From a virus (Duplodnaviria; Caudoviricetes): a stretch of DNA of 37,717 nucleotides. The stretch is from IMG/VR virus record IMGVR_UViG_3300007539_000060, positions 1-37,717 of that record; one strand, written 5' to 3'. Shown piece by piece: positions 27,109-36,680 of the stretch. The notes beneath the pieces are model-generated. The model was not told the DNA's origin, did not search any database, and saw only the letters and a list, made by a program, of their open reading frames with translations. Every line of letters starts with the position of its first letter. Position 1 is the first letter of the stretch. Position numbers and translations under genes: made by a program.

Positions 27109-27510
27109 TTACTTAGGTCCTTCGGTGGTATAATCGTAATTTTCATTAAAGCGGATAACAAAATATCCATCATCATCGACGAAGTAGGAAATTTTCCTAC
27201 TATCAAATCTATACTGTTGATATTTATCCTGTGGATCATTTGTGTATGATTTCTCTTCTGTAGTTTCTTCTACATAATCATACAAACCAGTTGCAATATC
27301 TAGGTAGGGAGTTCCATCCAAACGATGGAAATCCACGGTATCGTTATCGATACTTCTAATTTTGGTATAAACTAGCATACCATCCGCATCTCTACGAAGA
27401 GCATGGATGGTAAAATCATTACCAAGGTCGTAGTTGTTACCAGAAAATCCGCCGCCACCTCCGCCGCCTGATCCAGACGATCTGTAGCTATCGCTGATAT
27501 ACATGGTCAT
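27109..27510 (-). CDS. Hypothetical (likely structural) protein
   Basis: Probable start MTMYISD at 27510 (ATGA overlap with the upstream stop; the ORF track begins at 27543). N-terminal poly-Gly linker; FTIHALRRDADGML. Confidence 0.7.
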   Translation of the reverse strand: MTMYISDSYRSSGSGGGGGGGFSGNNYDLGNDFTIHALRRDADGMLVYTKIRSIDNDTVDFHRLDGTPYLDIATGLYDYVEETTEEKSYTNDPQDKYQQYRFDSRKISYFVDDDGYFVIRFNENYDYTTEGPK

Positions 27511-27968
27511 GATACGATTACCCTCCAGTATGTGCCTTCCCAAATTAACTGGACGCTCGCGCCTTTGAGATCAAAAACCAATGGAGAATCAATAACCCCA
27601 AAAGTATTTTGGAACTGCCTGCCGATAGGGTCCACAATAGTAATATTATTTATATCCCATGTGAACTTTACGTCGATAAACTCTATAACATCACCCGCTT
27701 TTGGAACAAGTTGATTATTATAGAGAGGAAGATTTAATGTGAGGGGACCGTTAGAAGAGTCAACCAAATAACGAAGTGATGTTCCTAATACTTGACTGGT
27801 ATTAATATATTCCCATCTTGCTCTAAAGACATCAAAACCTCCAGTTGTAGAACCGTCATGAATGACGGCCATATTCTTGTCGGTGTCAATAGTAAGTTCG
27901 CCTTGAGCCCCAGTAAAAAGAGCGTGCTCAGCTGTAGTACCTCTTCTAAATTGAACCTGAGTTGTCAT
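27507..27968 (-). CDS. Fibre-associated protein with Mtd N-terminal-like domain
   Basis: MTTQVQFRRGTTAEH...GELTIDTD...HDGSTTGG matches the major-tropism-determinant N-terminal motif. Confidence 0.75.
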   Translation of the reverse strand: MTTQVQFRRGTTAEHALFTGAQGELTIDTDKNMAVIHDGSTTGGFDVFRARWEYINTSQVLGTSLRYLVDSSNGPLTLNLPLYNNQLVPKAGDVIEFIDVKFTWDINNITIVDPIGRQFQNTFGVIDSPLVFDLKGASVQLIWEGTYWRVIVS

Positions 27969-27991
27969 CAGTGTTTATTAGATACCAAAAG

Positions 27992-27998
27992 TATTTAT
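27992..27998 (-). promoter_or_regulatory. Late promoter core ATAAATA
   Basis: Intergenic, ~24 nt before ATG 27968. Confidence 0.65.
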
Positions 27999-28002
27999 GG
28001 TA

Positions 28003-31000
28003 TTAGATAATCCATCCATAAGATCTTGGTGCTGCAACCTGAACTCTCTTCGTTCTAGCATCACCAATTGTAAGAATGACACCTCCCTCAGATACGAATC
28101 TCTGATAAGGAGCAATAACTGTAGTTGTGATGTCAATTTCAATATGAACATGAGCTTCATATCCTCTGGATCTTGTGAGTCCTGCATTTCCGAATATTGT
28201 TGCACCACCCAGAGAGAACGCTGTTCTGACAACTGTTGGTACGACTGTTTCGTTGAAGATTCTTGCAGTTCCAAATGTAGTGACTGCTCTGGAGAATCTT
28301 TCTTGACTCTGACCAAAGAACTGAGCGGATGCAGATCCTCTGTATGTGTCTCTGACAAATGCTTCTGCTGCAGATCCACGAATTTCGACATTGACATCCG
28401 CAATGACAGTTCTTGCAAATCTCTGTCTCGCAACACCAAGGAAATTGAATATCGCAACATTTTGATATGCAATTGTTCTGGATTCTGCTGCGCTGTCGAA
28501 TGCAAATAGAGATCCAGAACCACGATGTACTCTGGTTCTTGGTGTATCTGCTGCACCAAATACATGAATATCGACCTGAACTTCTGGAGAGAATGCAGTA
28601 ATAACTGCTGCTCCATCCAGAGCGAACAGAGAACCAAATCCAGTGAAGTCTCTTGTTCTGGTAACATCTGCAATACCAGAAACTTCCAGTTGAACATTTG
28701 CTTCCCATGCAAATGTACGACGCAGTTCGCTGCTGACAAAGCTGAATAGATTGCCACCACCAACTTCGACCGCAGATGTTCTTTCTGCTGCAAATCCAGT
28801 AACTGTAAATAGACCCTTCGCTTCTGGTGCAACTGTTCTGGATTCTGCGGCACCACCAAATCCAAACAGGGTTCCAGATACAACTTCGCTTCTGGTAACT
28901 TTCTGTACAGACTGACCAGTAATATCGAAGAGTGCCTGCTGTTCGTCTGGATTGACAGTAACAGACTCCGCAGCGCCACTGACTGCAAAGATTTGACCTT
29001 CTCCAGTATAACGAACAATTCTTGCATAAATTGTATCGACATCGATGGTGATAACACCTTCGGTAATATAATTTGGAGTAAATCTTTCAAATACATTTCC
29101 AAATAGATCAAGGAATGCTCCTTGCTCTGGTGGATTGAATGTAACTTTTTCAACCTTCGTTCCTGTGAAGGAGAATAGTGCTTGCTTCTCTTCTGGATTG
29201 TAGGTAACACTTTCTGCTGCACCGCTGATCGCAAAGATCTGACCCTCTCCAATATAATCTTTGGATAGAGAAGTTGTTGTGAGGGAAGAAAGTGTAACAG
29301 TACCAGAACCAATATGGTTTGGTGTGTATCTGGCAAATACTTCTCCAAAGATCGATAGAGATCCAGAAGCAATTACATTGGCAGTAGCTCTGACACGAGC
29401 TGCAGTTGGACGGAATACAATATCGGACTGGAACTCTGGCAGTTTGAGAGTAATACTCTCTGCAGCACCACCAAAATGTCCAATAAAGATTTCGCCTTCA
29501 TATGCACGAGTTCTTGGAGTTGCGGCGACTCCTGTGACATCGATGAATACTGTTGGCTGCTCTGCAAATGTGAGGATCGGTGTGCTGACCTCGCCAGAGA
29601 TTGTAAATGTTCCGCCCTGACTGATCTCCCTGTATCCAGCAGAGATGCCCGCTTTCTCTGGGCGGAATGCAATATCTGCTTGGAATGCTGGCAGTTTGCG
29701 AGTAACTGCTTCGTTTGTAAATCCAACACTGAAGATAGTACCTTCGGCACTCCAAGCGCGAGATCTCTTTGCAGTTGCAACACCAAAGATCTCGGTTTGT
29801 ACTGTTGGTTGTTCTGCAAATGTAAGAATTTCTGGTTCGGTAGATCCAGATAGACGCAGATGACGGAATCCAATGTTGCCACCAAATGTGCGACTTTGAG
29901 TGCCAGCACCTTTGAGTTCGATGTCTGCTTGGAATGCAGGGATCTTGATTGTAATTGCTTCGGCACTTGTACCGATTGCAAATAGAGTACCCTCTGCGAG
30001 ATATACATCGACATTGATGACATTTGCTGCACCAAATAGCGATGTCGTTCCAAATGGTTGTTCGGAGAATGTAAGAATTTCTGGTGCTGTAGAACCAGAA
30101 AGTTCCAGACTTGCAAGTCCACTCTCGGCAAATGTTGCACGCTGAGTAGCAGCACCCCTGAAGGAGAAGAGCGCAGTATTCTCTTCTGGATTGAATGTTG
30201 CAGATTCTGCTGCACCACTGAGTGCGAAGATTTGACCTTCACCGAGGTGAGCAAGTGTGATGAGAGGAACATTGTCCTCACTGCTGACATAAATGACGCC
30301 AGCGCCATAATGTGCAAGACTGAAGGTTGGAACCGCAGCGCCAAAGATTTCAGTGTGTACAGTGACGGACTCGGAAACGGCAGATCTGATTCCAGCAGTT
30401 CCTTTGAGTACCAGATCCGCTTGGAATGCAGGAATGTCGATCGTGATCGCTTCTGCACTCTGACCAATAGAAAATAGGTTTCCAAATCCAGTGATACTTG
30501 GAGTGAAGGATTCTCCTGCAGTACCACTGATCTTGGAAAGTACAAACTTGATTGCAGCGGTTGCTGCAGTCTCCTGTGCCTGACCAGTAATACTGATAAC
30601 ACCACCACGAGACTCTTCGGAAGAAGTAACTCTTTCGACTGCCGCACCAACAAACTTGATATCGGTTGTGATATCTGGTGGGTTGAATCCAACTGCTTCT
30701 GCAGCACCACTGATAGCAAATAGACTTCCTTCTCCAGTATGTTTTGGAGTAACTTTGTCCAGAGCTTCGCCAAAGATTCTGAAGTTGCCGCCAACATAAT
30801 TGGCGATAGAGAATGGAGTTGCAGTGAAGGAAACAAATCTCGCAATGTGACCGAATGGATATTCGGTAACTTTTGTTCTGATAGAACTTGGCGTGAAAGT
30901 AAATCCGTAGTCTTCTCTGACGGTTCTTTCGTTGTTTGGACTTGTAATAAATCCACAATCGACAAAAACATTGACAATAGATCCAATTGCAGGATCGATT

Positions 31001-34000
31001 GTATAAGTATCTCCAACAGGAATTGTTGCAGTAACATCGACGCCAGGAGTACCAATCTGAATAATCGATGTTGGAGAATTTCCAGAAAGATTCTGACTGG
31101 TGGTGATCGCGGTAATTTGACCACTTGCAGGCAGACCAGCATAGTCTCTGTATTGATAGTAATTGACAGAGGAAAGATTGTAGCTGTAAGTTCTCTTTTC
31201 GACCAGTCCGCTGATAGCAAACAGAGTACCTTGTGTTTGATAACCAAATGTTCTGAGAACTGGTTCTGCAGCACCAAAGATTTCTGCTCTCGCAGTACCG
31301 TTCCAGTTTGGAGTGAAGGAAACTTTAGCAACACCAGATACAGAGAAGAGCATCTGCTGCTCATCTTTGTTGAATGTAACAGATTCTGCAGCACCACTGA
31401 TTGCGAAGATTTGACCTTCACCTTCGTATGCATATGCTCTTCTGTCTGTTGTAGATACAAAGTTGAACAGAGTACCAAATCCAACATGAGTCTTGGTGAG
31501 ACTATATTGTTCTCCACCATTAATTTCAATTTGAATCTCAGCAAACCACTGAGGATTGACTCTTGCTCTCGCAGTACCATCAAGTGTAATTCCACCAGAA
31601 GCAAAGTGTCCAAGACTAAAGTTGGTAACAGTTTCACTAACAAGTTTAAACTTACCAAATGGATAGTTTGTAACTGTCTGATTAATAAAGCCCCAATCAA
31701 TGTTGCCAGAATATCCTGTTGTAATGACACCATGATCTAAGGTTACTGTTGGAACAGCATTTGCAGTCAGAATAATTTGATATTCTGGATCAACTACAGC
31801 AGTAACACTATTTCCAATTCTAATAACTGGATCAGAGGATGTTCCAGATAGAACACTGGAAGATGTGATTTCACCGATTGATGCCGTAGATGGCAAGAAT
31901 CCAAAGCTTTCATAGTCAAAGAATACAATCGAAGAATCATTGTAACTGTATGTGCGACGCTCATGATATGCGTCTCCACTGAATACGAACAGATTGCTAA
32001 CTTCGTTCTGTGCGTATGTTCTAAGAATACTAGATAGTGTTCCATCAACCTTAACTGTGCCCTCACCAAACCAGTTAGGAGCAAAGGATGCGCGACTATC
32101 TCCACTAAACTTGATTCCGCCGCTACCAACATAGTCGGTTGCAATTCTCTCTTCACTAGAAACAAAGTTGAAGAGTGTACCAGATCCAACATAAGAGCGA
32201 GATCTGACTGTCTCTCCACCACCAATACTGAACAGGTTACCAGAACCAGGATGTAGGAGACTGAAGTTAGTGATTGCTGCACCACCAACCTCAATCTGAA
32301 TGTAGCTGAACCAGATTGGATTCGTTCTTGCTCTAGCGTCACCAGTGAGGTGAATAACACCCTGAGTAACATAATTTGGAACAAAGTTAATGAGTGTCTC
32401 AGACTTAAGTCTAGTAACACCAAAGGGATACAATGTTCCAGTAATATTAATGTAACCCCAATCTTCATTGGTAGTTTTACCAATAGTGACTGGAGCATAT
32501 TCAAGCGTATTTTGTGGCGTACCGATTGGTAGAGAAACTTGATACTGAGGATCTACAGTTGCTGTGACGCCAGGATCTACCAGAACTACTGGATCTGTAC
32601 TGATTCCAGATAGAGTCTGATCCGATGTGATGTGCTGATATGTCTGGAGTGGAATAGTTCCAAAGTCCAGATAATCGAAAGGTACAACAGCAGAAGTGTT
32701 GTAGGAATATGTTCTGCGTTCTACCTGACCATTGAGTGCTGGTAGTGTTCCAGAACCATGGAATCCAAATGTTCTGGTAACATTCTGTACAGCACCATCA
32801 ATAAAGATTGTACCTTCACCAAACCAGTTAGGTTGGAAGGATACCGTTGTAAGACTTGTAAGTTTAAGTGTTCCCTCACCGAGATATGCTCTGCTACGGA
32901 GAGAGAATCCGTTGCCGATATTGAATAGTTTTCCGCTGCCAGACTCCTTCTTGGAGAATGCGACATTTGTAAGGGACTGGATGCCAAATAGTCCAGTTGC
33001 TTCGATACTTGGCACCCAGTGTGTAATGGCAGAGCCAGAAACCTCCAGCGTACCACTGACAATATATGGAGCGACAAGACGATAGTAAGTATCGCCTCTT
33101 TCGAATACAGTACCACTACCAACCCAAGCGCGTACAACTGTCCAAGTCGCATTGCTGACAGGTCTAAATTCACCGAATGGGAAGTTTGTATCTTCGTAGA
33201 TAATACGACCCCAATCCTCTAATGCATATGCTTCTTGATCTAGGACAGATCCGTGATCAATTATTACTAATGGATTATAAGTATAGCTATAACTATAGGA
33301 TATAGAAGTTATACCATAGTTGTCAAAGTAACTACCACTCTGTAATGGTTGAATTAGTCTATATCTTGTACCAGCAGCACGCGCAGCTAAGGGTATTGCA
33401 ATTGCAACACTATTAAGTGTATTAAAATTAGTATCGTTGTATGCTACGACAGTATCAATACGAACCCAAGACGATCCGTCGTAGTAATCCAAATACAAAC
33501 TTTCATCAGTTATATCTGGATCTTCTCCACCATTGAAGTCTGTACCTCTAATTGCAGAAAATGTAATAGTATCTATTACATCGTTATCAAATTCCCATTC
33601 AACTATTCTGTTGGTGTTAAAACTACCACCATAAAATCTAATGTGTCTACCAATATCAAATCCACCTTGAGCACCAATACCAGTCCCAGAATCGCTCAAT
33701 TCAGTTTGAGTGAAAGCAGGACTTAGAAGATCGTCTGGTAAGACTGTATCCGTTCTAGTTTCTGTTACATCTGCTGGGTTTTGTAGAGATGGACCCAGAT
33801 CGATGTTAATAAATGGTTCAATAGAAGAAGGACTCCAACTGTAAGATCTTCTATCTCCAGTCCTAATTCTAAAGATTAAATTGTGCAGTCTTCCTGGAAG
33901 AGAAGGGTCGTCATAACCAAACTCTTCGATAACTTGATTTGCATACGAGTTTATCCCCTGACTTGCAAAAGAAGAAAGGGGATACGAGACAAATTGTCCT

Positions 34001-34026
34001 GATTTATATTCGTATGCTGTAGACAT
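28003..34026 (-). CDS. Very large repetitive virion structural protein (2007 aa)
   Basis: GAGGAGG Shine-Dalgarno; many GEGxIFA(I/L/V)SGAAES, PAFQAD and PEILTF(A/S)EQP repeats; structural context. Confidence 0.8.
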   Translation of the reverse strand: MSTAYEYKSGQFVSYPLSSFASQGINSYANQVIEEFGYDDPSLPGRLHNLIFRIRTGDRRSYSWSPSSIEPFINIDLGPSLQNPADVTETRTDTVLPDDLLSPAFTQTELSDSGTGIGAQGGFDIGRHIRFYGGSFNTNRIVEWEFDNDVIDTITFSAIRGTDFNGGEDPDITDESLYLDYYDGSSWVRIDTVVAYNDTNFNTLNSVAIAIPLAARAAGTRYRLIQPLQSGSYFDNYGITSISYSYSYTYNPLVIIDHGSVLDQEAYALEDWGRIIYEDTNFPFGEFRPVSNATWTVVRAWVGSGTVFERGDTYYRLVAPYIVSGTLEVSGSAITHWVPSIEATGLFGIQSLTNVAFSKKESGSGKLFNIGNGFSLRSRAYLGEGTLKLTSLTTVSFQPNWFGEGTIFIDGAVQNVTRTFGFHGSGTLPALNGQVERRTYSYNTSAVVPFDYLDFGTIPLQTYQHITSDQTLSGISTDPVVLVDPGVTATVDPQYQVSLPIGTPQNTLEYAPVTIGKTTNEDWGYINITGTLYPFGVTRLKSETLINFVPNYVTQGVIHLTGDARARTNPIWFSYIQIEVGGAAITNFSLLHPGSGNLFSIGGGETVRSRSYVGSGTLFNFVSSEERIATDYVGSGGIKFSGDSRASFAPNWFGEGTVKVDGTLSSILRTYAQNEVSNLFVFSGDAYHERRTYSYNDSSIVFFDYESFGFLPSTASIGEITSSSVLSGTSSDPVIRIGNSVTAVVDPEYQIILTANAVPTVTLDHGVITTGYSGNIDWGFINQTVTNYPFGKFKLVSETVTNFSLGHFASGGITLDGTARARVNPQWFAEIQIEINGGEQYSLTKTHVGFGTLFNFVSTTDRRAYAYEGEGQIFAISGAAESVTFNKDEQQMLFSVSGVAKVSFTPNWNGTARAEIFGAAEPVLRTFGYQTQGTLFAISGLVEKRTYSYNLSSVNYYQYRDYAGLPASGQITAITTSQNLSGNSPTSIIQIGTPGVDVTATIPVGDTYTIDPAIGSIVNVFVDCGFITSPNNERTVREDYGFTFTPSSIRTKVTEYPFGHIARFVSFTATPFSIANYVGGNFRIFGEALDKVTPKHTGEGSLFAISGAAEAVGFNPPDITTDIKFVGAAVERVTSSEESRGGVISITGQAQETAATAAIKFVLSKISGTAGESFTPSITGFGNLFSIGQSAEAITIDIPAFQADLVLKGTAGIRSAVSESVTVHTEIFGAAVPTFSLAHYGAGVIYVSSEDNVPLITLAHLGEGQIFALSGAAESATFNPEENTALFSFRGAATQRATFAESGLASLELSGSTAPEILTFSEQPFGTTSLFGAANVINVDVYLAEGTLFAIGTSAEAITIKIPAFQADIELKGAGTQSRTFGGNIGFRHLRLSGSTEPEILTFAEQPTVQTEIFGVATAKRSRAWSAEGTIFSVGFTNEAVTRKLPAFQADIAFRPEKAGISAGYREISQGGTFTISGEVSTPILTFAEQPTVFIDVTGVAATPRTRAYEGEIFIGHFGGAAESITLKLPEFQSDIVFRPTAARVRATANVIASGSLSIFGEVFARYTPNHIGSGTVTLSSLTTTSLSKDYIGEGQIFAISGAAESVTYNPEEKQALFSFTGTKVEKVTFNPPEQGAFLDLFGNVFERFTPNYITEGVITIDVDTIYARIVRYTGEGQIFAVSGAAESVTVNPDEQQALFDITGQSVQKVTRSEVVSGTLFGFGGAAESRTVAPEAKGLFTVTGFAAERTSAVEVGGGNLFSFVSSELRRTFAWEANVQLEVSGIADVTRTRDFTGFGSLFALDGAAVITAFSPEVQVDIHVFGAADTPRTRVHRGSGSLFAFDSAAESRTIAYQNVAIFNFLGVARQRFARTVIADVNVEIRGSAAEAFVRDTYRGSASAQFFGQSQERFSRAVTTFGTARIFNETVVPTVVRTAFSLGGATIFGNAGLTRSRGYEAHVHIEIDITTTVIAPYQRFVSEGGVILTIGDARTKRVQVAAPRSYGWII
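28500..31430 (-). repeat. Degenerate internal repeats of the 2007-aa protein
   Basis: GEG(Q/S)(I/L)FAxSGAAE at about 31400, 30715, 30220, 29230 and 28985. ILTF(A/S)EQP at about 30070, 29821 and 29569 (249 and 252 nt spacing). Confidence 0.8.
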
Positions 34027-34050
34027 TAAAGATCGACCTCCTCATTAATG

Positions 34051-34079
34051 AAAATGGGGGACCGCTATAGCAATCCCCC
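34051..34079 (-). terminator. Probable Rho-independent terminator / RNA hairpin
   Basis: Minus strand GGGGGATTGC-TATA-GCGGTCCCCC (10-bp stem with two G-U pairs) followed by ATTTTCATT. Confidence 0.7.
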
Positions 34080-34108
34080 GACATAATAAAGAGTTCAATT
34101 AGAATCAA

Positions 34109-35497
34109 TCAGTCGAGGCTGACATTCAGGGTTACTTTAATTTGGTCACCTGCGTTCTGAATCGCGTATGGACCATTGGTGAAACGCTCAGCGAAGAAGA
34201 TCGCATCATAGAGAGTTAGAGCACCAGTACCATCAAGTGCCTTGGTAGTAGTGAAGGTATTTACATCGGGTACAGTGTGAACAACATATGTACCAGAGGT
34301 TGTGGTGGTGTTACCAGTTCCCTGATCGATGTAAACTGCATCACCAACAACCAGACCATGACCATTTGCAGTGACTTTGCTGTAATCAAATAGAACGGTG
34401 TCGTTACCATTAGATGCCTGAATGTTTTCAATCAGTGCATTGTTGAGGTAAACTCTTACGGTTCCATCGGTATCTTCAGTCTCTTCGTCAATACCAGTGA
34501 TGATGGTGTTAGCATCGATACCATTAGGAGTTGCAGTCTGAGAAACTCTCATGCCGAGAGTTAGATCCTCGGAAACATTTGCCTGGAAGGTTGCGTTACC
34601 AGAAACTGCACCAGCGTTTGCTTTTGTGAGGTAAACGGTAGTACCAACGATACCAGAAACACGAGCACCTTGTGCAATGTTGGTTCCAGATACGCGCTGG
34701 TTAACAGCAACTCCAGCAGTAGATGCAACACTGATCTCAAACTCACCAGAAGTACCAGTAGCAGCAGTAGATGCAGATACAGCAGCAAGGGTTAGGTAAT
34801 TGTTACCAATCGTTCCTCTAACTTGAACCTTGGAGATTTGAGTTGCAGCAGAAGCGGTTGCAGCATCAGCCACACCATGAATGGTGGTGGGCATGTTATT
34901 TGCACGAGACAGATAGTAACCGTAAATATTTCCTGCAGCACCAGAGAATGTGAAAGTCTGCTCAGGATATGCAGCAGTAGTTCTACCTCTACCGAAGCTC
35001 AGTGGCTGTGCGGTAAAACCACCAGTATTCTTGACACTCAGATTGAGGGTTGTGCCGTCGATATCAACAACATATGCACCAGTTCCGACAGAACCACCAG
35101 TGACATAATCACCCTTCTTGATACCTGTATTAGAAGCAACAGTAATCAGGTATTCTCCAGAAACACCATCACCATTGACGGTGGTAACTGCAGTTGGTTC
35201 AGTCTCGATTGTCCAGCGGTTGCCGTTTAAAAGAATACCGTACTGCTGAACATAGTCCTGATCAGTTCTATTATTATAAACCTGGGGATATCCAGTAGTA
35301 GGTGCAGCACCATAACCGATCGAGTTGTTATCGGTATATGGTTCATAATATCTGGTTTGAGAGGGAGTGTCGCTCTCAGCAGGGTATGTGTCTGTACTAA
35401 ACAACTTTAGAATTAAGTTTCTGGGAATATTCTGCGAATAGTTCAGCAAATTTCTCAGAGAATCAATTTCGCCGTTGTCGGTTACTAAGAGTGCCAT
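34109..35497 (-). CDS. Virion structural protein (462 aa)
   Basis: T/G/A-rich; repeats ITVASNTGIKKGDYVTG / ISVASTAGVAVNQRVSG; HGLVVGD motif; strong codon bias; own late promoter and downstream hairpin. Confidence 0.75.
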   Translation of the reverse strand: MALLVTDNGEIDSLRNLLNYSQNIPRNLILKLFSTDTYPAESDTPSQTRYYEPYTDNNSIGYGAAPTTGYPQVYNNRTDQDYVQQYGILLNGNRWTIETEPTAVTTVNGDGVSGEYLITVASNTGIKKGDYVTGGSVGTGAYVVDIDGTTLNLSVKNTGGFTAQPLSFGRGRTTAAYPEQTFTFSGAAGNIYGYYLSRANNMPTTIHGVADAATASAATQISKVQVRGTIGNNYLTLAAVSASTAATGTSGEFEISVASTAGVAVNQRVSGTNIAQGARVSGIVGTTVYLTKANAGAVSGNATFQANVSEDLTLGMRVSQTATPNGIDANTIITGIDEETEDTDGTVRVYLNNALIENIQASNGNDTVLFDYSKVTANGHGLVVGDAVYIDQGTGNTTTTSGTYVVHTVPDVNTFTTTKALDGTGALTLYDAIFFAERFTNGPYAIQNAGDQIKVTLNVSLD

Positions 35498-35538
35498 GTA
35501 ATGTTTCCTCTTTGATTACGTGTTGCTATCTGTATGAT

Positions 35539-35546
35539 TATTTATA
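35539..35546 (-). promoter_or_regulatory. T4-type late promoter TATAAATA
   Basis: Perfect consensus upstream of ATG 35497. Confidence 0.85.
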
Positions 35547-35558
35547 ACCACTGATTAT

Positions 35559-36290
35559 TTATAATTTGATTCTTAGGGATACTGTCGCCTTTGAAATGTT
35601 AGACGAGTAGTTCACAATGAACCTAAAAATGTCTCCAGCATTGACCGTTGTGTTCCATGTGGAGAGATTATCGTTTTTGTTTTTTTGCTGGGTAGATTGA
35701 TTGATTAAACCAAGCGTTGGTAGTTCCGTACCGCAGATAGAACTGAAGTTTGGAAAATTATCAAAAGTTGCCTTATGAATATCAATCTCGATGTTTCCTG
35801 GTTCATCTGATACCAATACCCAAGACTCAATTGTTCCTGAGATATCTAATGTCATGTCTCCCTTGGGTCCAATGGCCATTGGGAATGAACCAGCATCAAT
35901 TACAAAATTTAAAGTTCTGGTTAGATCAGCAGTGGTGACTAATGCAATCCCAGAAAATTTATTTCCAGCACATGGTGGTGTAGAAAATACAATCTGATTA
36001 TTAGATACAATGTAGTCTACAAGTGGTCTTAAGACTACATCATTAATAGAGATAATTAATTGTTGCTCATTAATAGGATAATAAGATTCTCCATTAACAG
36101 CAAGATTGAATGTATCTACAGCAGGTACGCTAACACAATCAAAAGATGCCGATATATCATCCAGTATCAAGTTAGAATACTGTGTTGATTTTGTTGGAAT
36201 CTGGTAATTTACATCAAGATTGTACTGAGGATTTTCCCTCAGTGCTACACGATGTGTGTTAGTTCCTATTCTAACATTATACTCTGCCAT
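35559..36290 (-). CDS. Putative virion structural protein (243 aa)
   Basis: ILDDISASFD...FNL...QLIISINDVVLRP..DY...IVFSTPP domain typical of T4-like cyanophage baseplate/fibre proteins. Confidence 0.65.
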   Translation of the reverse strand: MAEYNVRIGTNTHRVALRENPQYNLDVNYQIPTKSTQYSNLILDDISASFDCVSVPAVDTFNLAVNGESYYPINEQQLIISINDVVLRPLVDYIVSNNQIVFSTPPCAGNKFSGIALVTTADLTRTLNFVIDAGSFPMAIGPKGDMTLDISGTIESWVLVSDEPGNIEIDIHKATFDNFPNFSSICGTELPTLGLINQSTQQKNKNDNLSTWNTTVNAGDIFRFIVNYSSNISKATVSLRIKL

Positions 36291-36625
36291 TAGGAAGAGA
36301 CTCCAGGTGTAACTTCTACGAGTCCTTCAATGACCCTTGTTTTATACCCCTGAGGTGATGTTAGTAAAATGTCGTAGACATATCTTCTTCGATCTAGTAC
36401 CCCAGTCTCTGCAGCAGTCATAGAGATTCCTATCTCCCCAGATGTTCTGTTAACAAACACCAAAGGAACTGCAATAGAAGTGGAAGAACTGTAACTAGAT
36501 TTGAAACTAGCTTCACCAGTATATCCCACCATATTTAGGGGAGTGCCATCTTTGTTGGTAATAAAGAAAGTCACATCAAAGTTGGCATAACGATCAACTA
36601 CAATGTTAACAGGTATCGCTGCCAT
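36290..36625 (-). CDS. Conserved small structural protein (111 aa, Ig-like / baseplate-associated)
   Basis: FDVTF...GTPLNMVGYT...RYVYDILL...TRVIEG.V.VTPGV; TAATG coupling to the next gene. Confidence 0.65.
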   Translation of the reverse strand: MAAIPVNIVVDRYANFDVTFFITNKDGTPLNMVGYTGEASFKSSYSSSTSIAVPLVFVNRTSGEIGISMTAAETGVLDRRRYVYDILLTSPQGYKTRVIEGLVEVTPGVSS

Positions 36626-36649
36626 CAGATATTACTTATAAAGCTCTAC

Positions 36650-36656
36650 TATTTAT
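36650..36656 (-). promoter_or_regulatory. Late promoter core ATAAATA
   Basis: Intergenic, ~25 nt before ATG 36625. Confidence 0.65.
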
Positions 36657-36680
36657 CTCTGAACCCTTAACAGAGTTATC

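Noticed and set aside
27448-27470. ccgccgcca-type short GC runs here and at about 20370-20393, 21365-21392 and 22335-22353
   Set aside because: These are poly-Gly codons within genes, not DNA repeats or CRISPR units
30739-31740. 333-aa plus-strand ORF and the many other short plus-strand ORFs over structural genes
   Set aside because: Antisense shadows of codon-biased genes, with no motifs, ribosome-binding sites or promoters
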